Shown piece after piece: positions 38,256 through 51,741 of a stretch of DNA of 64,000 nucleotides; position 1 is the stretch's first letter, and every line of letters begins with the position of its first letter. Source of the DNA: Christensenellales bacterium (GTDB taxonomy: Bacteria; Bacillota; Clostridia; Christensenellales; Aristaeellaceae). The stretch spans positions 22,208-86,207 of the forward strand of contig JAXJLD010000117.1 of the NCBI GenBank assembly GCA_036297385.1. The letters are read 5' to 3'. Position numbers and translations under genes: made by a program. Under the pieces are notes generated by a model. The model was not told where the DNA came from. It searched no databases and saw only the letters and a list, made by a program, of their open reading frames with translations.

Positions 38256-39675
38256 CCTGACGATGATGACCGATCTGTATGAGCTGACGATGATGAACGG
38301 CTACCTGCGCTACGGCAAAGCGCAGAACCGCGCCTGTTTTGATGTCTTTTACCGCAGACGCGGCGATATGACGGCGTATGCCGTGGCGGCAGGTCTGGAG
38401 CAGGTGATCGAATATGTGCGGAATCTTCGCTTTACGCAGGAGGATATCGCCTATCTGCGCAGCCTTTCAACCTTCGATGAGTCGTTCCTCACCTATTTGG
38501 AAGGATTTCATTTCACAGGTGAAATCCTCGCCGTTCCCGAAGGAACCGTCATCTTCCCGGATGAACCGATCATCCGCGTCATCGCCCCTATCATGGAAGC
38601 GCAGCTTCTGGAAACCGCCATGCTCAACATCATCAACCATCAGACGCTGATTGCAACCAAGGCGGCGCGCGTGGTACAGTCGGCACGTGGCGATAAGGTG
38701 CTGGAATTTGGTCTGCGCCGTGCGCAAGGGCCGGACGCGGGCATTTATGGCGCACGTGCCGCCATCATTGGCGGCTGTCAAGCGACGAGCAATGTGCTCA
38801 CGGGTCAGCTTTTCGGCGTGCCGGTCGGCGGTACGCACGCCCATAGCTGGGTCATGTCGTTCGAGGACGAGCTGACAGCCTTTCGCGCATATGCGGATGT
38901 GTTCCCGGACAACTGCCTGCTGCTGGTAGATACCTATGATACGCTGAACAGCGGCGTTCCCAACGCCATCACGGTCTTTAGAGAGCTTCGTGCGCGCGGC
39001 AAGGAGCCCGTCGGCATCCGGCTGGACAGCGGTGATCTGGCGTTTCTCAGCCGTCAGGCACGCGTCATGCTGGACGAAGCGGGCTTCCCGGAAGCAAAAA
39101 TCTTTGCCTCTGGCGATCTGGACGAAGAGGTGATTTGGGATCTCAAGGCGCAGGGCGCGGCTATCGACGTTTGGGGTGTGGGCACGCGCATGATCACCAG
39201 CGCAGACAATCCTGCGCTGGGCGGCGTGTATAAGCTCGCTGCGGAGGAGATTGACGGGCAGTTTGTCCCGCGCATCAAGATCTCTGAGAATCCGGCAAAG
39301 ATTACCAATCCGGGCGTCAAGCAACTGTATCGCTTCTACGACCGGCGCACAGGTAAGGCACTTGCAGATCTCATCGCGCTCGACGACGAGGACTTTTCCT
39401 CCGGCGAGCCCATCGAAATCTTCGATCCGAAGAATACATGGAAGCGTATGAAGCTCTGCGATTACCGCGTGCGCAAGCTGCTTGTGCCTGTCTTTGAGGA
39501 TGGAAAGCTCGTCTATCAATCCCCCGCTCTGCCGGACATTGCAGCCTATGCTAAGGCGGAAATGGATACCTTCTGGGATGAGTATAAGCGCCTCACCCGG
39601 CCTCATCTATACAAGGTCGATCTCTCTCAAAAGCTCTATGACCTCAAAATCAAGCTTTTGGAGGGCCGGAACTAA
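38248..39675 (+). CDS. pncB: Nicotinate phosphoribosyltransferase
   Basis: TDLYELTMMNGY, GGTHAHSW and RLDSGDL motifs. AAGGAGG lies upstream. It overlaps lgt by 8 nt. Confidence 0.93.
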   Translation: MRNLTMMTDLYELTMMNGYLRYGKAQNRACFDVFYRRRGDMTAYAVAAGLEQVIEYVRNLRFTQEDIAYLRSLSTFDESFLTYLEGFHFTGEILAVPEGTVIFPDEPIIRVIAPIMEAQLLETAMLNIINHQTLIATKAARVVQSARGDKVLEFGLRRAQGPDAGIYGARAAIIGGCQATSNVLTGQLFGVPVGGTHAHSWVMSFEDELTAFRAYADVFPDNCLLLVDTYDTLNSGVPNAITVFRELRARGKEPVGIRLDSGDLAFLSRQARVMLDEAGFPEAKIFASGDLDEEVIWDLKAQGAAIDVWGVGTRMITSADNPALGGVYKLAAEEIDGQFVPRIKISENPAKITNPGVKQLYRFYDRRTGKALADLIALDDEDFSSGEPIEIFDPKNTWKRMKLCDYRVRKLLVPVFEDGKLVYQSPALPDIAAYAKAEMDTFWDEYKRLTRPHLYKVDLSQKLYDLKIKLLEGRN

Positions 39676-40295
39676 TGGAATCCCTGCGCATCTCAAGCGT
39701 TCGCCGTGCGCACGGCAGGGCGATTTTGACGCTCACAAGCGGAGAAGCCCTTGCCATGCCGCAAGCAATGCTGAAAGAGCGTCCATATCGCAGCGGAATG
39801 CCCTTTGATCGGATACAATTCGATACCTTTCTCACCGAACGAAGTGCCGCATTTGCGCTTCAAAAGGCGATAATGTTACTGGCTTCGCGCGATAGAACTG
39901 AAAAGGAAATTGTAGATGCACTGCGGCAAAATGCCTATCCAGAGACAGCTATTGCTCAAGTGATGGCGCGTCTCCAACGGGAAGGCTATCTTGATGACGC
40001 ATCGTTTGCGGAGCGTTGGACAGCTTCGCGTACAGCGCGCGGCTGGGGTACACGTCGTATCCGTCAGGAACTGTGTGCGAAGGGCGTAGAACGCGAGCAG
40101 ATTGACCGTGTGCTCTCCTCTGCGGATGCAGACTCTGTGGCGGAATCAGCGCTCATGGTAGCACGAAAGGCTGCTAAGGGGCGGGATATGTCCTCTCTCG
40201 CATCAAGGCAGAAGGTCATCGCCATATTGGTCAGGCGCGGTTTTGACTTTTCGATTGCACGAAAGGCACTGGATAAAATCGAAGAAGAAATGTAA
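39675..40295 (+). CDS. recX: RecX-family regulatory protein
   Basis: 206 aa helical-repeat protein: YLDD.SFAERW, G.G.RRI.QEL..KGV. Its start overlaps the pncB stop (TAATG). Confidence 0.75.
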   Translation: MESLRISSVRRAHGRAILTLTSGEALAMPQAMLKERPYRSGMPFDRIQFDTFLTERSAAFALQKAIMLLASRDRTEKEIVDALRQNAYPETAIAQVMARLQREGYLDDASFAERWTASRTARGWGTRRIRQELCAKGVEREQIDRVLSSADADSVAESALMVARKAAKGRDMSSLASRQKVIAILVRRGFDFSIARKALDKIEEEM

Positions 40296-40381
40296 ATCTG
40301 CATACGAGATAAAGTAAAATGCAGTTGTGACAGCGATCTCGACATAGATTATGGCTTCATTTATTTGAGAATAGCATAAAT

Positions 40382-40416
40382 AATCAAAACCACCGGCTAA
40401 GCCGGTGGTTTTGATT
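40382..40416. terminator. Bidirectional terminator between recX and atpC
   Basis: Perfect 16-bp stem AATCAAAACCACCGGC / GCCGGTGGTTTTGATT with a 3-nt loop. Confidence 0.85.
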
Positions 40417-40422
40417 TGCACG

Positions 40423-43108
<2,686 letters not shown>

Positions 43109-43127
43109 CACTTACCCCCTCCTTTCC

Positions 43128-44639
43128 TTATTTGGCGAGAAAGTCCTTCGTATACTGTGCAAGCGCAGCAGAGAGCTTCTCTTCGGTATCCTTTTCAAAT
43201 TTTCCGGTCGTGCGGATGGTGTCCAGAATGTCGCTGTGCTGCGCATCCAAGCGTGCATACAGTCCAGCTTCATACTGAGCAACCTTCTCCACCGGCACGT
43301 CAGCGAGGTAATCGTGGGTCACAGCGTAGATGATGCAGATCTGCTTTTCCACGTCGATCGGCGAGCTCTTACCCTGCTTAAGCACTTCCACCACGCGCTC
43401 GCCTTGAGCCAGACGCGCCTTCGTATCTGCGTCCAGGTCGCTGCCGAACTGCGCGAAGCTCTGAAGCTCGCGATACTGAGAGTAGATCAGCTTCAAGCTG
43501 CCGGCAACCTTCTTCATTGCCTTGATCTGTGCATTGCCGCCAACACGGGAGACAGAGATGCCCGGGTTGACAGCCGGCATTACGCCAGAGTGGAACAGCT
43601 CGCTCTCCAAGAAGATCTGACCATCAGTAATCGAAATGACATTCGTAGGAATATACGCGGAAACATCGCCCGCCTGCGTCTCAATGATCGGCAGCGCAGT
43701 CAAGCTTCCGCCGCCATATTCGGGGGCAATGCGCGCGGCACGCTCCAGCAGACGACTGTGCAGATAGAACACGTCGCCCGGATACGCCTCGCGTCCCGGC
43801 GGACGGCGAATCAGCAGCGAAAGCGCACGATAAGCAACGGCGTGCTTGGACAGATCGTCATACACGACAAGCACATCCTTGCCCTGTGCCATGAAATATT
43901 CACCCATGGCGCAGCCGGTATACGGCGCAATATACTGCATCGGCGCAAGCTCAGAAGCCGTTGCACTGACGATGATGGTATACTCCATCGCGCCAGCCTG
44001 CGTAAGCTGCTCGACAAGCTGCGCCACCGTCGAATTCTTCTGACCGATGGCGACATAGATGCAAATGACATCCTTGCCCTTCTGGTTGATAATGGTATCC
44101 GTCGCGATCGTCGTCTTGCCGGTCTGACGGTCACCGATAATCAGCTCACGCTGTCCGCGGCCAATCGGAATCATGCTGTCGATAGCCTTAATACCGGTTT
44201 GCAGCGGCACGCTTACGCCCTTGCGCTCGATGATGCCCGGTGCGGGGCTTTCAATCGGTCGAGTCTGGGTGGTGTGAATTGCGCCCTTACCATCGACAGG
44301 ATGGCCCAGCGCGTTGACAACGCGGCCAATCAATTCCTCGCCAACGGGAACGGAAACAACGCGGCCTGTACGCTTGACCGTGCTGCCTTCATGCAGCCCG
44401 GCATCGCTGCCCAGAATAACAATGGAAACAGAATTCTCTTCCAGATTCTGTGCCATGCCATATTCGCCATTTTCAAACTCGACCAGCTCATTGGCCATGC
44501 AGTTTTCAAGGCCGCTCGCCCGCGCAATGCCGTCGCCGACGAGGATAACAGAGCCGGTTTCGCTCTGCTCGATCTTTTTATCGTATTGTTTGATCTGGGC
44601 CTTAATGATTTTGGAAATCTCTTCGGGTTTCAGATCCAT
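43128..44639 (-). CDS. atpA: F1 ATP synthase alpha subunit
   Basis: GDRQTGKT Walker A and the overall conserved alpha-subunit sequence. Confidence 0.98.
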   Translation of the reverse strand: MDLKPEEISKIIKAQIKQYDKKIEQSETGSVILVGDGIARASGLENCMANELVEFENGEYGMAQNLEENSVSIVILGSDAGLHEGSTVKRTGRVVSVPVGEELIGRVVNALGHPVDGKGAIHTTQTRPIESPAPGIIERKGVSVPLQTGIKAIDSMIPIGRGQRELIIGDRQTGKTTIATDTIINQKGKDVICIYVAIGQKNSTVAQLVEQLTQAGAMEYTIIVSATASELAPMQYIAPYTGCAMGEYFMAQGKDVLVVYDDLSKHAVAYRALSLLIRRPPGREAYPGDVFYLHSRLLERAARIAPEYGGGSLTALPIIETQAGDVSAYIPTNVISITDGQIFLESELFHSGVMPAVNPGISVSRVGGNAQIKAMKKVAGSLKLIYSQYRELQSFAQFGSDLDADTKARLAQGERVVEVLKQGKSSPIDVEKQICIIYAVTHDYLADVPVEKVAQYEAGLYARLDAQHSDILDTIRTTGKFEKDTEEKLSAALAQYTKDFLAK

Positions 44640-44691
44640 GGGTTCACCGGCTTTCTTTTCTCAATCTGGTAACAGTCGGAATACGCGGGCC

Positions 44692-45228
44692 TCACGCCTG
44701 CGTAAGCAGCGCACGCCTGAGATGGTCCATCCGAGAGGCTACGCTGTTGTCAAGGCGATACCCGCCCATCTCGACGCGAAGTCCACCGCGCAACGACGGA
44801 TCGACGTGCACCGTCAGGCGAACCGTTTTGCCAGTCTTTCGTTCAAGCGCCTGAATAAGGCGCTCCTTCTGCATATCGCTGAGCGGCTTAGCAGAAACAG
44901 CCGCCGCCTGCACGATGCCATGCTGCTCGTTATAGCAGTTTTCATAGGCCTGTCGGCACATGGAAAGCTGGCTAAACGCGCTGCGTTCCAGCAGAATTTT
45001 CATGAAATTGACCAAATACGGATGCACCTTGCCGGCAAACGCATCGTCAAGCAGCGCAAGGCGCTCGGATTTGACAACGGCCCGGCTGTCCATCAATCGC
45101 GTATATTCGGGGTTATCGCCTATGATGCCGCAGACAGCATCAAGCTGAGCGAGCAGGGCATCTTCCAGCTTTTCCTCCTGCGCAAGCGCATACAGTGCGC
45201 CGCCATAGGCTTTAGCAAGATCATTCAC
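44692..45228 (-). CDS. atpH: F1 ATP synthase delta (OSCP) subunit
   Basis: 178 aa, lying between atpF and atpA. YA.AL..LA start and GG..V..G....D.S C-terminal pattern. Confidence 0.88.
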   Translation of the reverse strand: MNDLAKAYGGALYALAQEEKLEDALLAQLDAVCGIIGDNPEYTRLMDSRAVVKSERLALLDDAFAGKVHPYLVNFMKILLERSAFSQLSMCRQAYENCYNEQHGIVQAAAVSAKPLSDMQKERLIQALERKTGKTVRLTVHVDPSLRGGLRVEMGGYRLDNSVASRMDHLRRALLTQA

Positions 45229-45728
45229 GACGCTTCACCCACGTTCTTGATGAATTCATCGATAAAAGCTTCATGATCCTTAGCGCTGACCTCGCGGTCA
45301 ATCACCTGGGAAGCAATATCCAGCGCAATACCGGAAAGCTCACCCTTGACTTCGTCAAAGGCCTTGCGGCGTTCCATGTCGATTTCGACTTCTGCGCGGC
45401 GCTTGATCTGAGCAGCCTGCGTATGAGCCTCCTCAACAATCGAGCCAGCCATAGCGTTCGCGCTTTCCGTTGCCGTTTTGATGACGCGATCCGCTTCTTC
45501 ACGTGCTCCCGCCATCCGGCTCTCGTACTCCGCTTTCATCGACTTGGCTGCCGTTTCCGCCTTGGACGCCTCATCATACGTGCTTTCGATTTCCGCACGG
45601 CGCTTTTCAAGAATCGCCAGAACAGGCTTAAACAGATACTTCTTGAACGCGAACATGAGAATCAGCAGGTTGATGAGCTGAAAGATCATCGTCCACGGCG
45701 CAATGGAAATAAACTTCTGAACTTCCAT
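45225..45728 (-). CDS. atpF: Fo ATP synthase b subunit
   Basis: A single N-terminal TM segment followed by a long charged helix. Operon position supports the call. Confidence 0.88.
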   Translation of the reverse strand: MEVQKFISIAPWTMIFQLINLLILMFAFKKYLFKPVLAILEKRRAEIESTYDEASKAETAAKSMKAEYESRMAGAREEADRVIKTATESANAMAGSIVEEAHTQAAQIKRRAEVEIDMERRKAFDEVKGELSGIALDIASQVIDREVSAKDHEAFIDEFIKNVGEAS

Positions 45729-45761
45729 GGAAGTTCCCTCCTTTCAATCCGTCCGTCTCAA

Positions 45762-46869
<1,108 letters not shown>

Positions 46870-46929
46870 AACGTAACCCCACACTTTCTTTCTGTTATCT
46901 CGCTGTTTGCAGACAAGCGCTGCAAAGAA

Positions 46930-47373
46930 TTACATGGTTTTGACCTTGCCCGTGGCCTGAAGAAACAGAATCGTCAGTCTCGGAAAAACAAGCGGAATAA
47001 CCGCAGCCAATCCGTCTACAAACGGAAGAGCAAAACACACTACCATAACCAGCAGCATCACAACCATCCGCGTGCTGTAAGAGGATTTCATCTGCATACG
47101 CGCCAGCTCTGCATTTTCCGGCGGAAGCGAGGCTACGCGCTGCACCGTCCTGCCCAGCAGGCAGAAGTTGAATACTGCACAGGCACTGCCGATTACTCCT
47201 CCTAAAAGCACAGCCGTGGAAAAACGTCCAATGCAAGCATATACAACCAACATGACTGTCAGCAGAATTACCTGGCCAATCACAATACGTCGGATCTCCT
47301 TGCGGATGCTCTCCTGAGTCTTTTCTTTCTCCATATTTCGAATGACAGCCTCCTGCTTCACGCTATTTTCCAC
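46930..47373 (-). CDS. atpI: ATP synthase protein I-like small membrane protein
   Basis: First gene of the operon. 147 aa with about four hydrophobic segments. The start is uncertain: GTG at 47373 or an internal ATG. Confidence 0.6.
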   Translation of the reverse strand: MENSVKQEAVIRNMEKEKTQESIRKEIRRIVIGQVILLTVMLVVYACIGRFSTAVLLGGVIGSACAVFNFCLLGRTVQRVASLPPENAELARMQMKSSYSTRMVVMLLVMVVCFALPFVDGLAAVIPLVFPRLTILFLQATGKVKTM

Positions 47374-47383
47374 ATTTGTCTAC

Positions 47384-47412
47384 ATTATAGCATGATGGGC
47401 TTGAGCGGTCAA
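47384..47412 (-). promoter_or_regulatory. atp operon promoter
   Basis: On the minus strand: TTGACC, 17-nt spacer, TGcTATAAT. Confidence 0.65.
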
Positions 47413-47533
47413 CAAGCTTAAACAATTTTTCATAGAAGTCAGTCTCTGCTCAGGTCAATCTATCCGAAAAGCACCGCTCAATTCTATGCTTGTCGTATGC
47501 AACTCACAACACTTTCCGCTAAGGCTCCATATA

Positions 47534-47567
47534 GAAAAACCGCCTCCATCCGTAGATAGAGGCGGTT
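47534..47567 (-). terminator. Intrinsic terminator after the lipoprotein gene
   Basis: On the minus strand: AACCGCCTC / GAGGCGGTT hairpin followed by TTTTTC. Confidence 0.65.
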
Positions 47568-47584
47568 CGACATTTGCCGGTCAA

Positions 47585-48256
47585 TTACGCAGCAACCTTC
47601 ACCGACGTGATATGCGGATTCGGACCCTCGTACCAGTAGAGGAAGCCCTCAACATCGACAACGTCGCCAGCCTTCAGCTCACCGACAGTCGTGTAAACAT
47701 CGCTCTCCACACCAGTCAGGTACACTTCAACACAGAACTTGTAGCTCTGGCCATTCAGAGACAGCGTCACATAGATATCATCGCCCGGCTGACCGTTCTT
47801 ATACTCGATCGCCTCGACGGTCATGCCCTTGAACGCGACCAGCTCGTTCTGGTGCGCAATCAGCTCCTCCGTGCCCAGCAGCGCCGTCATATCGGCCGGC
47901 TCGGCCACAAAGCTGCCCTCGATGATTTCAAACGTCGCATCGACGATCTCAACCTCGCCGGACCACTCGGCCTTGTAGCCCGTCGCACGGATCTTAGTAC
48001 CGGGCGTCAGCTTGGCATAATCCTCCTCGGAGCAGGCCATATTGTACAGGAAATACGCGCCGTCCTCAGACTGGCAGTACACGGTAGCCTTGTTGTCCCA
48101 CCAAGACTGCTTCGCCTGAACATAGGTTTCTACAACAACCTCGTCATCGACCGCAGCGGCCATGTAGTCCGCGTGGGTCATCATGCCCTCGGCCAGCGCA
48201 GCGCAGCCGACGAGCATCATGGTCAGGGCCAGAAGGGCAGCAATGAACTTCTTCAT
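47585..48256 (-). CDS. Lipoprotein of unknown function with two OB-fold-like repeats
   Basis: Signal peptide with lipobox LVGC. There are two similar ~90-aa halves, each ending in G..V.V.G / G.EVEIVD-type strands. Confidence 0.7.
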   Translation of the reverse strand: MKKFIAALLALTMMLVGCAALAEGMMTHADYMAAAVDDEVVVETYVQAKQSWWDNKATVYCQSEDGAYFLYNMACSEEDYAKLTPGTKIRATGYKAEWSGEVEIVDATFEIIEGSFVAEPADMTALLGTEELIAHQNELVAFKGMTVEAIEYKNGQPGDDIYVTLSLNGQSYKFCVEVYLTGVESDVYTTVGELKAGDVVDVEGFLYWYEGPNPHITSVKVAA

Positions 48257-48296
48257 GGTATTCTCCTCCTATACGATTGCAATGTATAAAAGTGTG

Positions 48297-48347
48297 TATG
48301 TGCACGGCACATATATCCATTATACAAACAATCCCGCCATAAATCAA
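48297..48347 (-). promoter_or_regulatory. Lipoprotein gene promoter with a palindrome at the transcription start
   Basis: On the minus strand: TTGATT (48342-48347), 17-nt spacer, TATAAT (48319-48324). The inverted repeat TATGTGC-nnn-GCACATA (48297-48313) begins 5 nt downstream of the -10. Confidence 0.5.
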
Positions 48348-48366
48348 CGAAAATTTCTGCCCAAAA

Positions 48367-49962
48367 TCATTTTTTCTTTCGGGTTTTCTGAAACAGCAGG
48401 TACGCACCCATCATGATCCAGGTACAGGCCAGCACCGCAAGCAATACTCGCGCGGCTGTTGGAAGCGGCCCTGTCATTTCCGGCGCAGTCTCTTTCCCCT
48501 GCGCCTCAATCTGATCGAGCCGATACAGCGACGTTACATCAGCAAAAAGACCGTCGATAAATGCATCGTCCACCGTCTTTTTTCTGCGGACAGACTTGGT
48601 CACATCTTCAATCATCTGCCCTGCGGCGTTGCGCAAAGAAGCTGAACCATTATACACAGGCGTAACAAACGTGTTTTCCACGTTGTCAAGCAGCAGCCGA
48701 GAAGCCTCGATTTTGACGCTGTAATGCAGGTCGTTATCCTCTCCGCTGCGTGCCATATAATCGCGGTAAGCATCGGCATTTTGTGCCTTCGCGGTCACCG
48801 GCACATAGCCCTCCGTGCTGGCATATGCAATTTGCACATCGTTGGTCAGCATATACTGCGTAAACAGCCACGAAGCCAGCACCTCCTGAGCATCATCCTT
48901 ATTGAAGATACAGATCGACGGCCCCTGAGAGATCATTCTGGGGCGCTCAGGATCAAACTGCGGGACGGGCAGCACAGCCATCTCAAAATCCACCAGCTTA
49001 TCCTCACTGATGTCAATCAGCGGCGCGTGCGGGCCCATCCATGTCGCCCCTGCCGTAGAGTCTATCGCGAAAATACACTGTCCTGCGTTGAGGAAATTCG
49101 CCGGATAGCTGGATATCTTAAACGTAGAGAACGCGCCGCTTTGGGCATGATCCGCGACAGTGCGCAGAATATCCCGAGTCGTATCATTAAAAATCTGAAT
49201 TTGACCATCTTCTGTCGCATAACCCGCACCTTTTTGCTGAAGCATCTGGATCATCATGTTGTCCGTAGACTTATAGATAAAGGGGATCAGAACCTTTTGC
49301 CCATTCACGAGATAGTTCCCGGACGCATCCTTCGCCATCGCCGCTTCTGAAACCTCCCAGATGAAATCCCATGTCAGCGTCTCAGGCAGCGTATAGCCCA
49401 GTTCCTCCACATACGTCTTGTTGATGTAGCAGGCCTCCGTGGAGCGCATATATGGGACAGCATAGTGACGGCCATTCAGCATACACTCATCCAAGAATCT
49501 ATCAATCATTTCGTTTTGCTTCGGTGACTCGAAGCGAAGTGCGCTTCCGCCTAAGCCATATCGCTTATCTACAAAAAGCGCATCCAGCGGTACGACGCTA
49601 TTTCTTCCCGTCAGATAGGTTGCGATGTGATCTGGATAGGTAATGCAGATATTGGGTGTGGTCTGCGTGGAAATATTGGTAATCACGTCGTTGTAGATCT
49701 TGCCATAATCCGTATACAGCCGAAGATTGATATGAATGTTGGGATACAGCGCCTCAAACTCGCGAATAGCATCCTCGTAGATGCCTACCTGCGTCATATT
49801 CGTATCGTTTTTCGCCCAAAACGTCAGCTCGTATGTGCGGCTTTCATCCAATTCTTCGGGAATCTCAAAAGCCTCCAGCCCCTTAGAGCCATGACAGCCG
49901 CTGAGTGTCAGCAGGCAGAGCAGCAGCAAAGCAGCCAGAAGCGCCATGCGGACAGCTTTCAT
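48367..49962 (-). CDS. ABC transporter extracellular solute-binding protein (family 1, sugar type) with a lipobox and a C-terminal TM helix
   Basis: Lipobox LTLSGC. Family-1 SBP features (TFWAK.., long alpha/beta body). C-terminal LPTAARVLLAVLACTWIMMGAYLLF followed by QKTRKKK. Confidence 0.85.
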   Translation of the reverse strand: MKAVRMALLAALLLLCLLTLSGCHGSKGLEAFEIPEELDESRTYELTFWAKNDTNMTQVGIYEDAIREFEALYPNIHINLRLYTDYGKIYNDVITNISTQTTPNICITYPDHIATYLTGRNSVVPLDALFVDKRYGLGGSALRFESPKQNEMIDRFLDECMLNGRHYAVPYMRSTEACYINKTYVEELGYTLPETLTWDFIWEVSEAAMAKDASGNYLVNGQKVLIPFIYKSTDNMMIQMLQQKGAGYATEDGQIQIFNDTTRDILRTVADHAQSGAFSTFKISSYPANFLNAGQCIFAIDSTAGATWMGPHAPLIDISEDKLVDFEMAVLPVPQFDPERPRMISQGPSICIFNKDDAQEVLASWLFTQYMLTNDVQIAYASTEGYVPVTAKAQNADAYRDYMARSGEDNDLHYSVKIEASRLLLDNVENTFVTPVYNGSASLRNAAGQMIEDVTKSVRRKKTVDDAFIDGLFADVTSLYRLDQIEAQGKETAPEMTGPLPTAARVLLAVLACTWIMMGAYLLFQKTRKKK

Positions 49963-50837
49963 CCCTTCACCCCTCCTCGTGCCACGCCCGCCATGATCTT
50001 CTGGCGGAACATCAAAAACAGAACAATCAGCGGCACGGAAATCGAAACAACCGCCGCCATCATCGCCGGGATATTCTCGCGCCCAAAGCCGCTCTCCCGG
50101 ATCGCCTGTATGCCATTGGAGACGAGGAAATAGTTTTCATCGTCTGTAACCAGACGCGGCCATACATAGGCATTCCAGCATTCGATGACCTTCAGGATGG
50201 CAATGGTGATGATTGTCGGCTTGCAGATGGGGATCATCACCTTGAACAGATACTTGAGATCCGACGTGCCATCCACCTTCGCCGCATCATACAGATCATC
50301 CGGCACCTGTTCAAAGTTCTCCTTGAGCAGGTAGATGTAGAATACGGAGGTTACAGACGGCAAAATCAACCCAAGAAATGTGTTGCGCAGCTCCATGTTG
50401 GTGATGGTCACATAGTTGGTGATGACCACCAGTTCGCTGGGAATCATCATCAAAGAAAGGAACAACACAAAAGCAATATGCTTTCCCCTAAACTCAAGGC
50501 GCGCAAACGCAAAGGCCGCCAGAACCGTGACGATCATCATGATAGCAGTCGTTGCCGCGGTAAAGATGATCGTATTGAGAAAATACTTGCCCAGCGGCAC
50601 CGCCGTAAATGCTTCGACATAGTTTTCAAGTGTCGGCGCAAGCGTGTAAAGCTGTGGAATATACTCCGAATTGTATGCGCCATAGCTTTTCACCGAAGTG
50701 AGCAACATCCAGTAAAATGGGAACAGCACCATTAGCGCCCACAGCGTCAGAAAACCATAGATCGCCACTTTGGAAATCCATCTTCTTGTCGCGCAGCGCG
50801 GCGCATAAGACGATGCTTCATTTGTTTGATGTTTCAT
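49959..50837 (-). CDS. Carbohydrate ABC transporter permease (MalG/UgpE-like)
   Basis: EAA-loop region DAAKVDGTSDLKYLFKV..P. The ATG at 50837 lies 6 nt after GAGGAG; the ORF opens at 50864. Confidence 0.9.
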   Translation of the reverse strand: MKHQTNEASSYAPRCATRRWISKVAIYGFLTLWALMVLFPFYWMLLTSVKSYGAYNSEYIPQLYTLAPTLENYVEAFTAVPLGKYFLNTIIFTAATTAIMMIVTVLAAFAFARLEFRGKHIAFVLFLSLMMIPSELVVITNYVTITNMELRNTFLGLILPSVTSVFYIYLLKENFEQVPDDLYDAAKVDGTSDLKYLFKVMIPICKPTIITIAILKVIECWNAYVWPRLVTDDENYFLVSNGIQAIRESGFGRENIPAMMAAVVSISVPLIVLFLMFRQKIMAGVARGGVKG

Positions 50838-50847
50838 GACCGGCTCC

Positions 50848-51741
50848 TCATACATAGTGAACATGCTTCTTGGAAATCAACAGATTGATGCAGGTAATCG
50901 TCAGCACAATGGCAAACAGCATCACCGCCGCCGCAGACGCATACGACGGATATCCTCCGCTGTTCCCATACAGCATATCGTACACATAGCCGACGATCGT
51001 ATTCATTTCTGCGGCGTTAAGATCCGTGCCAAAGAGTGCGACGGCGTCACTGTATGCCTTGAATGCGCCGATAAAACCGGTGATAATCAGATAAAACACG
51101 GTGGGAGAAATCATCGGCAGCGTGATTTTGTAGAACATACGCCAAGAGGATGCGCCATCAATCCGCGCCGCATTATAATAAGTCTCGTCCACGGAAGCCA
51201 GTGCGCTGGTCAGAATCAGAACCTTAAAGGGCATGACGACCCAAATTGTATAAAAACAGAGCACAAACATCTTAGCCCAATACGGCCCATCGATAAAGTC
51301 AATCGGCCCTGCACCAAACCAACCGATGATGAGATTGGCCAGTCCATCAGTATAGGGTGTCTTTTTGAATAGAATCATAAAGACAAGGCCGACGGCGAGC
51401 GTATTGGTGACATACGGCAGAAAATAGATCGTCTGATAGAGTCGGCGCAGCGCCTGAACAGAGCTGAGTGCCATAGAGATCAGCAGAGCAAAGCCTGTTG
51501 ATAGCGGGACCGTGACCACCACCAGAATAAAGGTGTTCTTGAGCGCCTGCAAAAAGTATGGATCGCGAAGCACATAGCTATAATTGTACAATCCCACCCC
51601 GTAATAGGTCTGAGACGCAGAATTGTATCCTTCTTCAAACGAATAGATGAACACATCAATGAGCGGATACACCATAAAGAATCCCAGAAATAGAATGGCA
51701 GGAAGCAGATACAGCCACCCCTTGAGGCTCCGCTTATTCAT
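50848..51741 (-). CDS. Carbohydrate ABC transporter permease (MalF/UgpA-like)
   Basis: EAA-loop region NAARIDGASSWRMFYKITLP. The ATG at 51741 overlaps the ATPase gene stop by 8 nt. Confidence 0.9.
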   Translation of the reverse strand: MNKRSLKGWLYLLPAILFLGFFMVYPLIDVFIYSFEEGYNSASQTYYGVGLYNYSYVLRDPYFLQALKNTFILVVVTVPLSTGFALLISMALSSVQALRRLYQTIYFLPYVTNTLAVGLVFMILFKKTPYTDGLANLIIGWFGAGPIDFIDGPYWAKMFVLCFYTIWVVMPFKVLILTSALASVDETYYNAARIDGASSWRMFYKITLPMISPTVFYLIITGFIGAFKAYSDAVALFGTDLNAAEMNTIVGYVYDMLYGNSGGYPSYASAAAVMLFAIVLTITCINLLISKKHVHYV

